A stretch of DNA of 64,000 bases, taken from IMG/VR virus record IMGVR_UViG_3300025174_000005. One strand, 5' to 3'. Source of the stretch: a virus. Both the position numbers and the translations under genes were made by a program. Below the pieces are notes generated by a model. That model worked only from the letters and a program-made list of their open reading frames with translations. It made no database searches and was not told the origin of the DNA. Shown piece after piece: positions 46,269 to 56,682 of this stretch (the stretch's first letter is position 1; each line of letters opens with the position of its first letter).

Positions 46269-48905
46269 TTAAGCTGACACTATGTTTATAGTAATTGGTG
46301 TTGTAAATTTAGCCTCCGCTGAGGCTGGAGGCACACCTGTCCAATTCTCGTTCTCAGTCCAATCTACGGGATATTTAGATATAATTAACATATTAACAAT
46401 TGAAGGTAGAGTAGATGTAGTAATCATCAAACCTAAGGACATAGACTGTCCTACGTTTAATGTCCTACTCATGCTACCGCTAATATTTGGAACTACTCCA
46501 CTAACAATTACTGGATCTATACCATCTATAAACTGATTAAGACCTAAGTCGTCTACTAATATTATAGAACTTACATTAGTTAGCCCTGTAATTTTAAATG
46601 TATACGTATCTGGAGCGTTACCCGCATTTATAATACGTAAGAACTTAGTTATAGAAGGAGTTGTGGTTTCATATACAAGAGATGTACTAGGTATAACCTG
46701 AGCACCTCCCCATATATTTCCAAGAGATCCTTCTTGTTCTTCGCTTGAGATATTCCCTTCTCTTGCAACAAGCATATATGCAAATACCTTAGGCGTAATA
46801 GAAGTGTCGTTTACGTGTCTACGCATCCTAACGCGTATTCGTAGATTATCTATTGCTCTATCATAGTTAACTCTTATCTTAGCTGTTGGATCTAGCGAAG
46901 CATTAAGTACTAGTCTATTGGCTAGGTGTATATATCCTAGCTCTCCAACTTCTCTATCATATTCTGGTAGTGTAACATCTGATACTGCTATATAATCTGT
47001 TTCGTTATATACAAACGGTATCTCTACATCTGATTTCTTAGTAGTATCTTGTGTAATCTTTTGTATTGTTGTATCTATGCCATCGATGATTACTGGTAAA
47101 TTAGCGTTATCTACCATAACTTGTACGGGTACATAATCACCGCTATCTACCTTACCATTAGGGTTGTATCCAGAAGATATTAATCCATGATTAACATATG
47201 GTTCTCTCTTAAGCTGTAAGATTTGATTACGATCTGTTCCGCCTGTAATTACCTCAGTTGTATGTTTTATCTTATCTATCTCTGTACCAAATACTAGGTC
47301 AGCAAATCTAGATACATCATCTGGTATATATTGAATAACATATTCTTGGTCTGCTACTATGTTGGCTGATGTAATAGTAGTTCGATCATATGCATCTATA
47401 TTTATAGTATTACCAGAGGTGTCCCACACTTGCATAACCGTCTTAATAAATAAGCGAGGCAGTAATTTACCAGGAGCAATACCTGTTTGCTGTTCGTAGA
47501 TAAATGCCTTATTAATGGGAGCAATTGGATAGAACGGATTACCATCATCAAAGGTAATATCGTACTCTATAGTTGCCTTGGGAAAACCATTGTTGTCTAG
47601 AGGTATATCTTCCTTAGTAAATAAAGCACCCTGTATTACATTACGTATCGTTTCATAGGGTCTAGAGACTATAACGCTATCACTAGCATATACTCTATGC
47701 CATACTCTTAGATCGTGTATGCCATATACGTAAACATATTGTATATATGGCACTACTTGACTAGTGGTTGGCTTAATAGCCTCTAAGGCCAAGTCAAATG
47801 TGTCTTCTATTGTTTTACCAAGTTGTAATTTAGGCGTACCAACGATAGGGTGTTCACCTATTATCTGTCTCCATAGTGTTGTCTGACGCTTTTGATCGTC
47901 AGTAATCAAGAAGACATCTTTTCTAAAGTGAGGTTGATGTAGGATTATATTGAGATATTGTACTCCATCTACTGATGGAAAATTAAAAGTAGTAGTTTGA
48001 TTAATATATTCTTGACCTATATAAACATATTTAATTAGTTGTCCTGCTGCATCTAATGCAGCTATCCCCATAATACGCACAGGATACTCTGTAAATGGAG
48101 CTATTTGAATAGTATTAAGTATCTGCATGTTTTTAAACTCTATTTGTAGTACGGCTACCGCACCACGGTCAATAGTTACATCATTATTATTAAATTGTGG
48201 GTAATTATATTTCTCTGTTAGATTAACATACAAGCTTATAGGTTCTTCAGTTACGGCAACTTCTCCCCAGAAATTATCTGTTGAATTATCTATGGCATTC
48301 TTAGGTTCACGTAACGATTGAAATACTTTAGATACATAGCCGTACTGATCTATAACCTTGACATTAGCTATGTTGATTTCATCTACTGGAGCATGTATTC
48401 TATCAAATTCATTAACTACTTGTAGGGTTACTATTTGTTCATCAACATTAACAGTCCCCTTACGATCAGTTGTATTATACCAAATATCACTATCTTCTAC
48501 TTTGGTATTGTCTGCAAATGTTTCATGAAATGCTAATGAGTATCCTTCTCTAGCTGCCCATTGTCTGAAATATCCTTCTTCGACTAGGTTCTCTAAGCGA
48601 GTAAGATCACGCTCCAGATTAAGGAGCGTATCACTACCTAAACGCTCAAGAGTAGTAATTTTGCCTCGTAAAAAGTTAGATGACGCAAATAGAGATTTAA
48701 TATCCACAGCAGTTGTTGACATTAAACCATTCATTGCTTCTGAAGATAGGCGTGTTATCTCGGTAGAAGATATTTTCGTTATGGTGATCGTGGGATTCTC
48801 TGATTGAAGAGGGATTGAAATAGCTGTATCTAACGAGAATGCTAAATCTATCTCGTTAGCTTGGAATTTAGGTATGATAGTTTTGTATTGATCTAATATG
48901 GACAT
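46269..48905 (-). CDS. Large virion structural protein
   Basis: NAIDNSTDNFW; TPKVFAYML; C-terminal Ig-like extension. Confidence 0.65.
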   Translation of the reverse strand: MSILDQYKTIIPKFQANEIDLAFSLDTAISIPLQSENPTITITKISSTEITRLSSEAMNGLMSTTAVDIKSLFASSNFLRGKITTLERLGSDTLLNLERDLTRLENLVEEGYFRQWAAREGYSLAFHETFADNTKVEDSDIWYNTTDRKGTVNVDEQIVTLQVVNEFDRIHAPVDEINIANVKVIDQYGYVSKVFQSLREPKNAIDNSTDNFWGEVAVTEEPISLYVNLTEKYNYPQFNNNDVTIDRGAVAVLQIEFKNMQILNTIQIAPFTEYPVRIMGIAALDAAGQLIKYVYIGQEYINQTTTFNFPSVDGVQYLNIILHQPHFRKDVFLITDDQKRQTTLWRQIIGEHPIVGTPKLQLGKTIEDTFDLALEAIKPTTSQVVPYIQYVYVYGIHDLRVWHRVYASDSVIVSRPYETIRNVIQGALFTKEDIPLDNNGFPKATIEYDITFDDGNPFYPIAPINKAFIYEQQTGIAPGKLLPRLFIKTVMQVWDTSGNTINIDAYDRTTITSANIVADQEYVIQYIPDDVSRFADLVFGTEIDKIKHTTEVITGGTDRNQILQLKREPYVNHGLISSGYNPNGKVDSGDYVPVQVMVDNANLPVIIDGIDTTIQKITQDTTKKSDVEIPFVYNETDYIAVSDVTLPEYDREVGELGYIHLANRLVLNASLDPTAKIRVNYDRAIDNLRIRVRMRRHVNDTSITPKVFAYMLVAREGNISSEEQEGSLGNIWGGAQVIPSTSLVYETTTPSITKFLRIINAGNAPDTYTFKITGLTNVSSIILVDDLGLNQFIDGIDPVIVSGVVPNISGSMSRTLNVGQSMSLGLMITTSTLPSIVNMLIISKYPVDWTENENWTGVPPASAEAKFTTPITINIVSA

Positions 48906-48926
48906 ATCTTTATCTAGTATAGCATA

Positions 48927-50606
48927 TTAAAATGCCGATTTCAATTCGGGTTCTAGGAGAGTACCTGACGTTTTAGTTAGTAAGGGATATGTTCCAGCTG
49001 CTTTCCACTTATTGGCAATAGACAATATATAGTCTCTTGAGAAATTCTGTGTATTAACATCTACAACAAAAGAACCGTGCATAGGAAATGGATCCCCATC
49101 AAAGAAGTGTATATCCCAATACATGCGTGCATCTTTAGGCAGCTGTACTCGTTCATTTATTCCACCACCACGAGACCTAGTATCTATCACAATAGGGTCT
49201 TGTATTTGGTATTGCAATCTAACTTGGGCAATCTCAACATCCTTATTGTAATCAGCCCATAGTACATTAGTTATATTACCTACTTGGTGCCACATCATCT
49301 TACGTGTTGCGTCATAATACAGATGGATAGTGTTGTTAATTAACTTCCATGTAGGTTCTTGGATACCACCTGCTTGGGAGGTGGATGGTTGTTCTAATTG
49401 TTTTAACCATAAGTCTGTAAATGTATGTTGTGAATTAAGATTAACATCTAGGTGTATAAATTGTCCTGACATGTCTATGTACCCACGATAATCTAAATAG
49501 TCTTCCAGGTATGAATACGTAACCTTAATATGATCTTCTGGACTTAGAAATATTCTAGATAATTCTATAACACCATTAGCTCCGTCTATATCTTTAATCT
49601 TAATCTCGGGAACGACAACACCATTACGAGTTACTGTAATAGGGAAGTCTGGATCAATCAATATGTTAAGGTGTGCTACTTGTATTTTATGTTCTGTAAT
49701 AACAGAAGATTCTTCTTCTATGGATTTCATAATGGGCACGTAAGCATTAAAGTTTTGTTTGTAATAATCTGTATTCCAAAAGCTACCATCACTTAGTTGT
49801 CCCCTACGTATGCGTACATACCATGTATTAAATGGATCTCTGGTAATAGGAGATAGGGTAAATATCTGAGGGCCATTAATAACCTTAGCTGCGTATGTTT
49901 TAGTCGTATCAAATACTTGTACAGCAAATCCATGTCCGACACGTATTAATTGTACTGCATTCTCATCAGCATACTTAGCTATAAAGAAAGATGGCCTAAC
50001 ATTAAGTAATTCTTCATATCCAAACTTAGGCTTGTTCTTAATACTATCCCATGGATTATAACGCACCTTAAATCTGGTACCTTCACTACCTGTAAAGTTT
50101 GTATAAACAACTGGTTGCATTAAATTAGGTGCCTCAGGGATAGATACTAATGGTTCTAAGGTGAATTTGTATAAGTATCCAGGTGGTAATGGATCCCCAC
50201 CCTCCATCACAACAGATGCGGGATGTTGCTTAAAAAAATCTTCTTCACTATTAACCTGAACTAGTTGTCTGGTTTTATATTTATAATAAAGAGGTAATCC
50301 ACTTTGATGAAATATATTTGTAACTAGTATGTTTTCTGATTTGAATATTACTTCTCCACCTAATGGTGTAGATAATATGCCATCTATCACTTCAAGATTG
50401 ATGTTTTCATATCCATAGTTATTTTTCTCATCAGCACGTAATAGATCAAGTACTTCTACTGAGGATGGAAGAATAGGAGGAATAGATATGTAAGCTAAAT
50501 TAACTGCATTGATAGGAGAAATATTACCAAACTTAGCACGCACACCTAGTGTGCGTGCGCCATAAACATCTAGGCCGTATCTTGCGATATCATAGGAGTT
50601 TCCCAT
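48927..50606 (-). CDS. Baseplate-associated structural protein
   Basis: Baseplate operon; IDTRSRGGG...YWDI..FDG.PFP motif. Confidence 0.6.
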   Translation of the reverse strand: MGNSYDIARYGLDVYGARTLGVRAKFGNISPINAVNLAYISIPPILPSSVEVLDLLRADEKNNYGYENINLEVIDGILSTPLGGEVIFKSENILVTNIFHQSGLPLYYKYKTRQLVQVNSEEDFFKQHPASVVMEGGDPLPPGYLYKFTLEPLVSIPEAPNLMQPVVYTNFTGSEGTRFKVRYNPWDSIKNKPKFGYEELLNVRPSFFIAKYADENAVQLIRVGHGFAVQVFDTTKTYAAKVINGPQIFTLSPITRDPFNTWYVRIRRGQLSDGSFWNTDYYKQNFNAYVPIMKSIEEESSVITEHKIQVAHLNILIDPDFPITVTRNGVVVPEIKIKDIDGANGVIELSRIFLSPEDHIKVTYSYLEDYLDYRGYIDMSGQFIHLDVNLNSQHTFTDLWLKQLEQPSTSQAGGIQEPTWKLINNTIHLYYDATRKMMWHQVGNITNVLWADYNKDVEIAQVRLQYQIQDPIVIDTRSRGGGINERVQLPKDARMYWDIHFFDGDPFPMHGSFVVDVNTQNFSRDYILSIANKWKAAGTYPLLTKTSGTLLEPELKSAF

Positions 50607-50615
50607 ATTTTAATA

Positions 50616-51494
50616 TTAACCTAATGCGAGGTAATAGTAGGTATTGCTAAAGTTATTGAGAATCTGAGGGTATTGAAAGGTTGTAAAATCAGAAAGCGTA
50701 AACCCATTGGTAGTTAGAGTTAGATCACTGGACGTGCTATGTGTAGTGCCTTCAATAGCAAACCCTGATGGTGAATCTGTTATAAATACCATATCATGAC
50801 TTCTAGATCCTGCATTATTAAAAATTGCAACTAATTTAGGTGTAAATGATAAACTAATAGTTCTAGGGTATACGTTATTTCCTGCATATGAACCAGATGT
50901 AAATTTAAGAGCATCAGGCGCAGGTATTAAACCTACAACATCTGCCATGATTTCAGACAAATGCTTGCCATCTAATTTATCTACGTCAGCACCAGAGTTG
51001 TTGGTGGTGTGTCCACTTATTAAACTCATCACAACATTACCACTCGCAAGTACTACATCACCATTGGCTCGTAATCCATTGCCGCCTGTAGATATTGCTG
51101 TAACACCAGGATTTACAGTAGCTGTAGAGTTGATAGTAACTATACCAGTACCAGCAGTTGGGTTAATTGTAATATTGGTACCAGCTACGATTTGTGTTAC
51201 GCCTGTGCCACCTGGCCCAGGACCACCAACTGGGATTCTACTAAGTAGATCATTGTAAAGTCTACATAATTCTTCTTCTAACTTATCTATTCGCTTCTTT
51301 ACTGTGCGTGGACTAATTTGTTCTACACATACCGCAGTAGGGTTCTGATCCATAGGACGAACGCCTAATGTCTTTTGTATCTTAAGAAGAGCATCCTCTA
51401 GGTGATTAACATGATCTGCCATCACCTTGTCGATATCATCTTGACGCGCTATAAAGCCAGGATCTATATTATCAGGATAATTAGAAGTTGACAT
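50616..51494 (-). CDS. Short tail fibre-like protein
   Basis: ADHVN.L.DA...IQ..LG; AGTNITI; ADVDKLDGKH; GSY.GN...R.I.L.F.P.LV. Confidence 0.7.
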   Translation of the reverse strand: MSTSNYPDNIDPGFIARQDDIDKVMADHVNHLEDALLKIQKTLGVRPMDQNPTAVCVEQISPRTVKKRIDKLEEELCRLYNDLLSRIPVGGPGPGGTGVTQIVAGTNITINPTAGTGIVTINSTATVNPGVTAISTGGNGLRANGDVVLASGNVVMSLISGHTTNNSGADVDKLDGKHLSEIMADVVGLIPAPDALKFTSGSYAGNNVYPRTISLSFTPKLVAIFNNAGSRSHDMVFITDSPSGFAIEGTTHSTSSDLTLTTNGFTLSDFTTFQYPQILNNFSNTYYYLALG

Positions 51495-51495
51495 A

Positions 51496-51726
51496 TTAAG
51501 CTCCTATACGATATGTTCCATTAGAAATAATTAATGTTTTATCTCTGTAAGCATTCATAACCCTAAACATATCACTATCTGTAACAGGTATGATATTGTT
51601 GTCTGGTATATTAAATTGTTCTATATATAGTTCTACTTCTATACGAGTCATAGGATCTGGCATGCGCCTAGGTGATAGTCCCCATACTGTATTACCACTA
51701 CATATAATATAAATTGGAATACTCAT
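51496..51726 (-). CDS. Small hypothetical protein (possible fibre chaperone)
   Basis: Coupled between two fibre-like genes. Confidence 0.55.
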   Translation of the reverse strand: MSIPIYIICSGNTVWGLSPRRMPDPMTRIEVELYIEQFNIPDNNIIPVTDSDMFRVMNAYRDKTLIISNGTYRIGA

Positions 51727-51737
51727 GTAATATCTCC

Positions 51738-52274
51738 TTAACCAAATGCTACTACTACCGCATCAACACCATCATTTGCACAAGTACCAGCTTGTTCATA
51801 CTTTACCGTAACATCACTACCAGACCAACTTATAGTTTGTACCGACCTTGTAGCACAAGGATCGGCACCACGTAAGGCTATATAAGCATGTGTAATTGTA
51901 AAACCAAAACTATATGTTACCTGCAATTCATGTACTCCCCCAACTAATGGAGCACCATTCATAGGTGGTGATTGCACATCCATGTGGGATACTTGTTTGA
52001 TGAGCTCTGCTTTAAGTTCAGCCCATGTTTTACAAACATCAGATTCATCTTTTAGTTTGTTGGAGCACTCAGCTAAATCAGCATTAAAAGCATACTTTGC
52101 TACAACCCTATCATTGCGCCTCTCACCTGTATCGTTCATATCAATAGGTGCTAAAGCATTGGCACGTGTATCATCTACAGCACCGCGTATATCATTCATA
52201 TGACGACCACGTATGATGGTCTCATCATTAACGACTGGATTGGGTGATGGGTGATTCCATGGAGGTAACGGCAT
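51738..52274 (-). CDS. Fibre-like virion protein
   Basis: IRGRHMNDIR.AV; YA.NAD.A; four Cys. Confidence 0.6.
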   Translation of the reverse strand: MPLPPWNHPSPNPVVNDETIIRGRHMNDIRGAVDDTRANALAPIDMNDTGERRNDRVVAKYAFNADLAECSNKLKDESDVCKTWAELKAELIKQVSHMDVQSPPMNGAPLVGGVHELQVTYSFGFTITHAYIALRGADPCATRSVQTISWSGSDVTVKYEQAGTCANDGVDAVVVAFG

Positions 52275-52353
52275 AACTATGTCTCCTTAATTCTATGTAT
52301 AATAATAGCTAGCTATAGTCCGAATTACTTAGCTTGGATTATAGAACTCACTC

Positions 52354-52560
52354 TCAAGACTTAAATATGCATTCATCTATTTCTCTACGTGCTGTTGATT
52401 TATCTCTACGAGTAATATTATATCTTCTAAGTAAACGCAGTATAGTAGACTTATCAACTAAATATTTCAATGCTAACTTTGTTGATGCCATGCCAGAATT
52501 ATATTCTATTATTATTGATTTAATTTGTTCTGCTGTTAGCTTACATGAGTGTTTATTCAT
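52354..52560 (-). pseudogene. HTH-only remnant of a probable homing endonuclease gene
   Basis: I...Y.SG.S..KLA.KY.V...TI.R.L....I.RR ... IDE..F then stop; nuclease domain absent. Confidence 0.45.
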
Positions 52561-55500
52561 ATTTCAGGTACCGACCTCCTGCTGTATCTATAGCGCTGTC
52601 TGGGGCGTATACAGGCAATGACAGAAATGTCATAGAGGGTTCATATATCTCTATAGCTAAACCACAATTAAAGGTATAACCTACGGTGAAGTCTGGGTTA
52701 TATGTTGTTACATTAACTTCTATTGGCATAATACCATAGGTGTTCTCGTATATATCCATATACCAATAAGCCCTACCATATTCATCTGTGGCCGTATCAT
52801 TAACTTCATCTATTGTAATAAGTTGTCTATCTGGATCAATAGGATTACCAACCTCTGGACTATCCACGGCAGGTACATATTGCCTAACAAACACCCAATC
52901 ACTAATGTTCAATTTATAATTAAACTTAATAGATGATGTGTTTGCTTCAATATAATCCTTATTTAATCTTTGAAGCTGTCCGTTAACATATACCATAAGC
53001 AACCCCTTACCAGGAACAAATGGAGTTACATTAACTATTTGTTGATTTGCCGCATAGATATAAGTACTGTCATATATCGTATCAGAAACTATATGTGTTT
53101 CTATTGTATCATCTTCATTAAGTTCGTAATTAAACATAACAGTTGTGTTATCAACTTCTACATAGTCGGCATTTAAACGCTGCAGTTGTCCGTTAACATA
53201 CACCATTAATTTCCATGTATCTAATTCAAATGTATTAGATAGGAATATTTCTGTCTGTCCACCCACTACTGTGTGTTTCTCACGCTTAACATCATCAAGG
53301 CGTATTCTTGTATAGATCCAATCTCCTGCATTTAATAGATTAGTAAATTCTATAGTGTTAATATCTAATTCAGTATAATCTCTATTAATGATTTGTAGTT
53401 GGCCATTAACCCATACAAATAATGTATCAGTACCCAATTCATATGGGTGAAAGAGTTTAAGTTTCTTATTGGTTGGATCACTAAGTAAATTATCTGATAC
53501 TACTTTAATTGGGCTGGGTGATGTAACTGGGGTAGGTAGTCCAACTATAGTTTCTAATACTCTACTTCTCGTGCGTCTAAAGTTAACTACCGCATTAGGT
53601 ATTGGTGTCCCATTAACATCAAGTAGTTCTACTGTAACTATCGCAACTTGCCTTACGTTTGTTCTAAATGAATTAGGACTAACCCTACAGGTTAATTTAG
53701 TTGGTATAGCATCTTCGTCTGTAAGATAAACAAATCCATTAGTGTGTGGATTAAACAGAGGGTTTAGTGCTAGATTAGTATTGTGTAATCCATCCGATGT
53801 TTCATGAGTAACTTCAATCCTTGAATAGGACTGACTTAAATTAACTAAGCCTGATTCATAATTTACAATATAACTATCCCTTAATCGATAGTTAGCCGTA
53901 AAACAAGCTGATGTCGGTATACATTCATAGCTATCTAAGGTAATTATATTATCTATTGCCGATGTATTTACACCATCCAGTGTAAGAGCTTCTATATCGG
54001 TGAACGATAAATACAATTGATTATCTCTGCCATTGCCACATATCTCTTCTGTAAACCATAGTGTTGGATTATAGTTCTCATCACAAAAATTAACTTGACG
54101 TAGAGGTGTTTTAATGGTATTGCCGCTTGTGTCTATATCTACTAATGATACCAATACTGGAAAGTTATCCTGTAAGTCCTTGGTAGAGATAGTAAAACTA
54201 TCTATGTTTTCAAACGTGAGGGTATTGGGTTCTGCAAACATATAAGACTTCTGATCATTGATGTAGTACCACCCACGATTAAGCATTACCCACCATTTAG
54301 CTAGGTAGTCTGTGTAATCTACGTGATAAGCAATATCTTTAACTATGTCTGTGGGGAATTCGTCTAGATGTCTTTTTTTGAGTAGTTGATCGACACTAAC
54401 TAATAAATCATCAAAGTCACCTACACCACTATGAAAATCCCTCTTACGACCTATATCTAAATACTTAAAGATATTAATAGGACCTACTGGTGGAGACGGA
54501 GGTATTACAACACTTGTATCAGCGAGTTCTAAACCTAGTGCGCCGTCATTATCCACTACCACTTCCCAAAAAGAACCATCGGGACTAATAAGAAAGTCGC
54601 CTATGGATTCTGGCAATACAACTATATCCTCAACGGTTGCTGTAAACAACAATGGTATAAGTAGATTATCTATTGGAAAGCTGGATAAATCAGGATCTAT
54701 TGCATTTGGAGTAAAACCTATTGTTTGTACTCGCTCTTTAAGTGAACCCCAGTAGCTCTTATCCCATATAACCTGTCCCCATATTAATGGGGAAGCCTGT
54801 GTTAGTTCATGAGCAAAGCCCCTAAGCTCACGAGTAGTAGTCCCATCTGCATTTAATAGTGTTGACTTATAGTAATCTTGATCTGAGAAATCATGTACTG
54901 TTATATCTTCACAACTAATATAGCGTATTTCTCTATCTCGTAGTTGTAGGTTATCTGTAAGGGTAATACTGGTTGGGCATGTTGGTGTAATAGAACATTC
55001 ATTAGCTGAAGTAGAGGTTGTAGTAACTTCTATTGGATCCCATAGATGTACTGTTACGGCTACATTAGTAGCGTCTACTCGTCCCAGATTAAGAAGGCTT
55101 ATGGTTGTTTTTGCTATATGATCTAGACGTAATTCATTTGGATTAAACGCGAGTTTATGTTCGAGATCTAATTGAGGATACGTAGTATTTACATAAATAT
55201 CTGCACGAGTAGATATTATAGGCTTAGTTAATAAAGCAATATTACAATGCCGCTCATCTAAATCTACCATTAATCTATCATTGGCAGATATATATGTGCA
55301 AGATATTATTTGATCTTCATCTAAATCGTTATTTAATTCAAATGTGTTATATCCTAATTCAACAGTATTTACCTCAATACCATCTACAAAGACACGAAGT
55401 GTTCCCTGTATGTAATTGTTATTAGTTCTAAATATGTTTTGTGTTGGTAGTATTCTAATAGGCACATCAACTGGCGTAATATAAGCTATGTTTATCATCT

Positions 55501-56674
55501 TATTCATAGAGATAGGTATATAGCTAGTATGAAGTGGTGTTTCTCCGCTATACTCTATATTAAAATTTAACTCCACTGGAGTGTGTGAGGCTGGCACTAA
55601 TGGGACTATCCACGTTATGGAGTTGTCTGGATTTAATACTCCACCTGAAGATATATCTTGAACAGTAAGATATTTAAACACTTCTATTGGTGTAAAGTTA
55701 ATATAGATTGGATGCTCATATGGATGATTTATAGTAATTGAGTCTTGAGTGTTAGGCCACTCCGTATGATGTATTAGGAATAGAGAGTTAGCTAATGCAT
55801 GCCTTAAGCCAGCTTCCGTAGCATTACGATTAAATAAATAAGCATCGCTTAATCGCTTTTGATATTGTTCGTTAGTCTCTCCACTAACACGAGGTTCGCT
55901 TAATAGTAATCCTATTTCATCATATTCGTTGAAGATATGATGTCTTACTGGCTTATATGATATAGAATTTATCTTAATATCAGTGTATGACTTACGAAAT
56001 ACTAGTTGTAAACTACTGGCTCCAAATACCTCTTGCTTGAACGCGATATCGTATGTGGTGTAATGAACTTTAAATTCCTGGTCTAACGGAATAGAGCCGT
56101 CCGTAATAACTATTCTACCACGATACTTGCCGCCAGTTAATATATTACTAATTGTGTATTGCGACGAGGAGAGATATATGTCGTTAAATGATACCCACTC
56201 TACTAGAAGATTATCTGTTAGTATATCTATGCCTATTTGTCTGTCAAGAATTAAAGTAGCTGTGCCAGGAGATGTAAAAGTTTGTATGCTTGCTTTACCG
56301 TAGATAAAATCGTGGAACCGATCTACTACATCTATATCAATTGTATCTGTATTACCAGTTAATGTAGTAATACTGAGTGTGGCTGCAATAATTACACTAT
56401 ATATAATGTCTAAAGATGTATTTGTGTAATTGGGAAATCTAATATATGGATTACGTACGATCTCCTTAATATCTTGTCTTAACTCTTCTTGAGTGAGAGC
56501 TATAGCATTTACAAGTTTAATTGCATTGGACGTAATTGTTGAAGGAATAATTATATCAGTAAAGGGAAAGTTCTTACGCGCTGCCGTAAATGCAGGTAAG
56601 GCGCCAATAAGTGCCTGGAGTTCCTTAGATACAGGATATTCTGTAGATGATAATGTGCGAATGTTATGAGGCAT
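52553..56674 (-). CDS. Large baseplate wedge/tail protein with Ig-like repeats (1373 aa)
   Basis: DEIGLLL..PR..GETNEQY..RL; three LMVYVNGQLQ....DY.E repeats; Big-1-like VTVELLD.NG.P.PN..V.F. Confidence 0.75.
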   Translation of the reverse strand: MPHNIRTLSSTEYPVSKELQALIGALPAFTAARKNFPFTDIIIPSTITSNAIKLVNAIALTQEELRQDIKEIVRNPYIRFPNYTNTSLDIIYSVIIAATLSITTLTGNTDTIDIDVVDRFHDFIYGKASIQTFTSPGTATLILDRQIGIDILTDNLLVEWVSFNDIYLSSSQYTISNILTGGKYRGRIVITDGSIPLDQEFKVHYTTYDIAFKQEVFGASSLQLVFRKSYTDIKINSISYKPVRHHIFNEYDEIGLLLSEPRVSGETNEQYQKRLSDAYLFNRNATEAGLRHALANSLFLIHHTEWPNTQDSITINHPYEHPIYINFTPIEVFKYLTVQDISSGGVLNPDNSITWIVPLVPASHTPVELNFNIEYSGETPLHTSYIPISMNKMINIAYITPVDVPIRILPTQNIFRTNNNYIQGTLRVFVDGIEVNTVELGYNTFELNNDLDEDQIISCTYISANDRLMVDLDERHCNIALLTKPIISTRADIYVNTTYPQLDLEHKLAFNPNELRLDHIAKTTISLLNLGRVDATNVAVTVHLWDPIEVTTTSTSANECSITPTCPTSITLTDNLQLRDREIRYISCEDITVHDFSDQDYYKSTLLNADGTTTRELRGFAHELTQASPLIWGQVIWDKSYWGSLKERVQTIGFTPNAIDPDLSSFPIDNLLIPLLFTATVEDIVVLPESIGDFLISPDGSFWEVVVDNDGALGLELADTSVVIPPSPPVGPINIFKYLDIGRKRDFHSGVGDFDDLLVSVDQLLKKRHLDEFPTDIVKDIAYHVDYTDYLAKWWVMLNRGWYYINDQKSYMFAEPNTLTFENIDSFTISTKDLQDNFPVLVSLVDIDTSGNTIKTPLRQVNFCDENYNPTLWFTEEICGNGRDNQLYLSFTDIEALTLDGVNTSAIDNIITLDSYECIPTSACFTANYRLRDSYIVNYESGLVNLSQSYSRIEVTHETSDGLHNTNLALNPLFNPHTNGFVYLTDEDAIPTKLTCRVSPNSFRTNVRQVAIVTVELLDVNGTPIPNAVVNFRRTRSRVLETIVGLPTPVTSPSPIKVVSDNLLSDPTNKKLKLFHPYELGTDTLFVWVNGQLQIINRDYTELDINTIEFTNLLNAGDWIYTRIRLDDVKREKHTVVGGQTEIFLSNTFELDTWKLMVYVNGQLQRLNADYVEVDNTTVMFNYELNEDDTIETHIVSDTIYDSTYIYAANQQIVNVTPFVPGKGLLMVYVNGQLQRLNKDYIEANTSSIKFNYKLNISDWVFVRQYVPAVDSPEVGNPIDPDRQLITIDEVNDTATDEYGRAYWYMDIYENTYGIMPIEVNVTTYNPDFTVGYTFNCGLAIEIYEPSMTFLSLPVYAPDSAIDTAGGRYLKYE

Positions 56675-56682
56675 ACGTTCCC

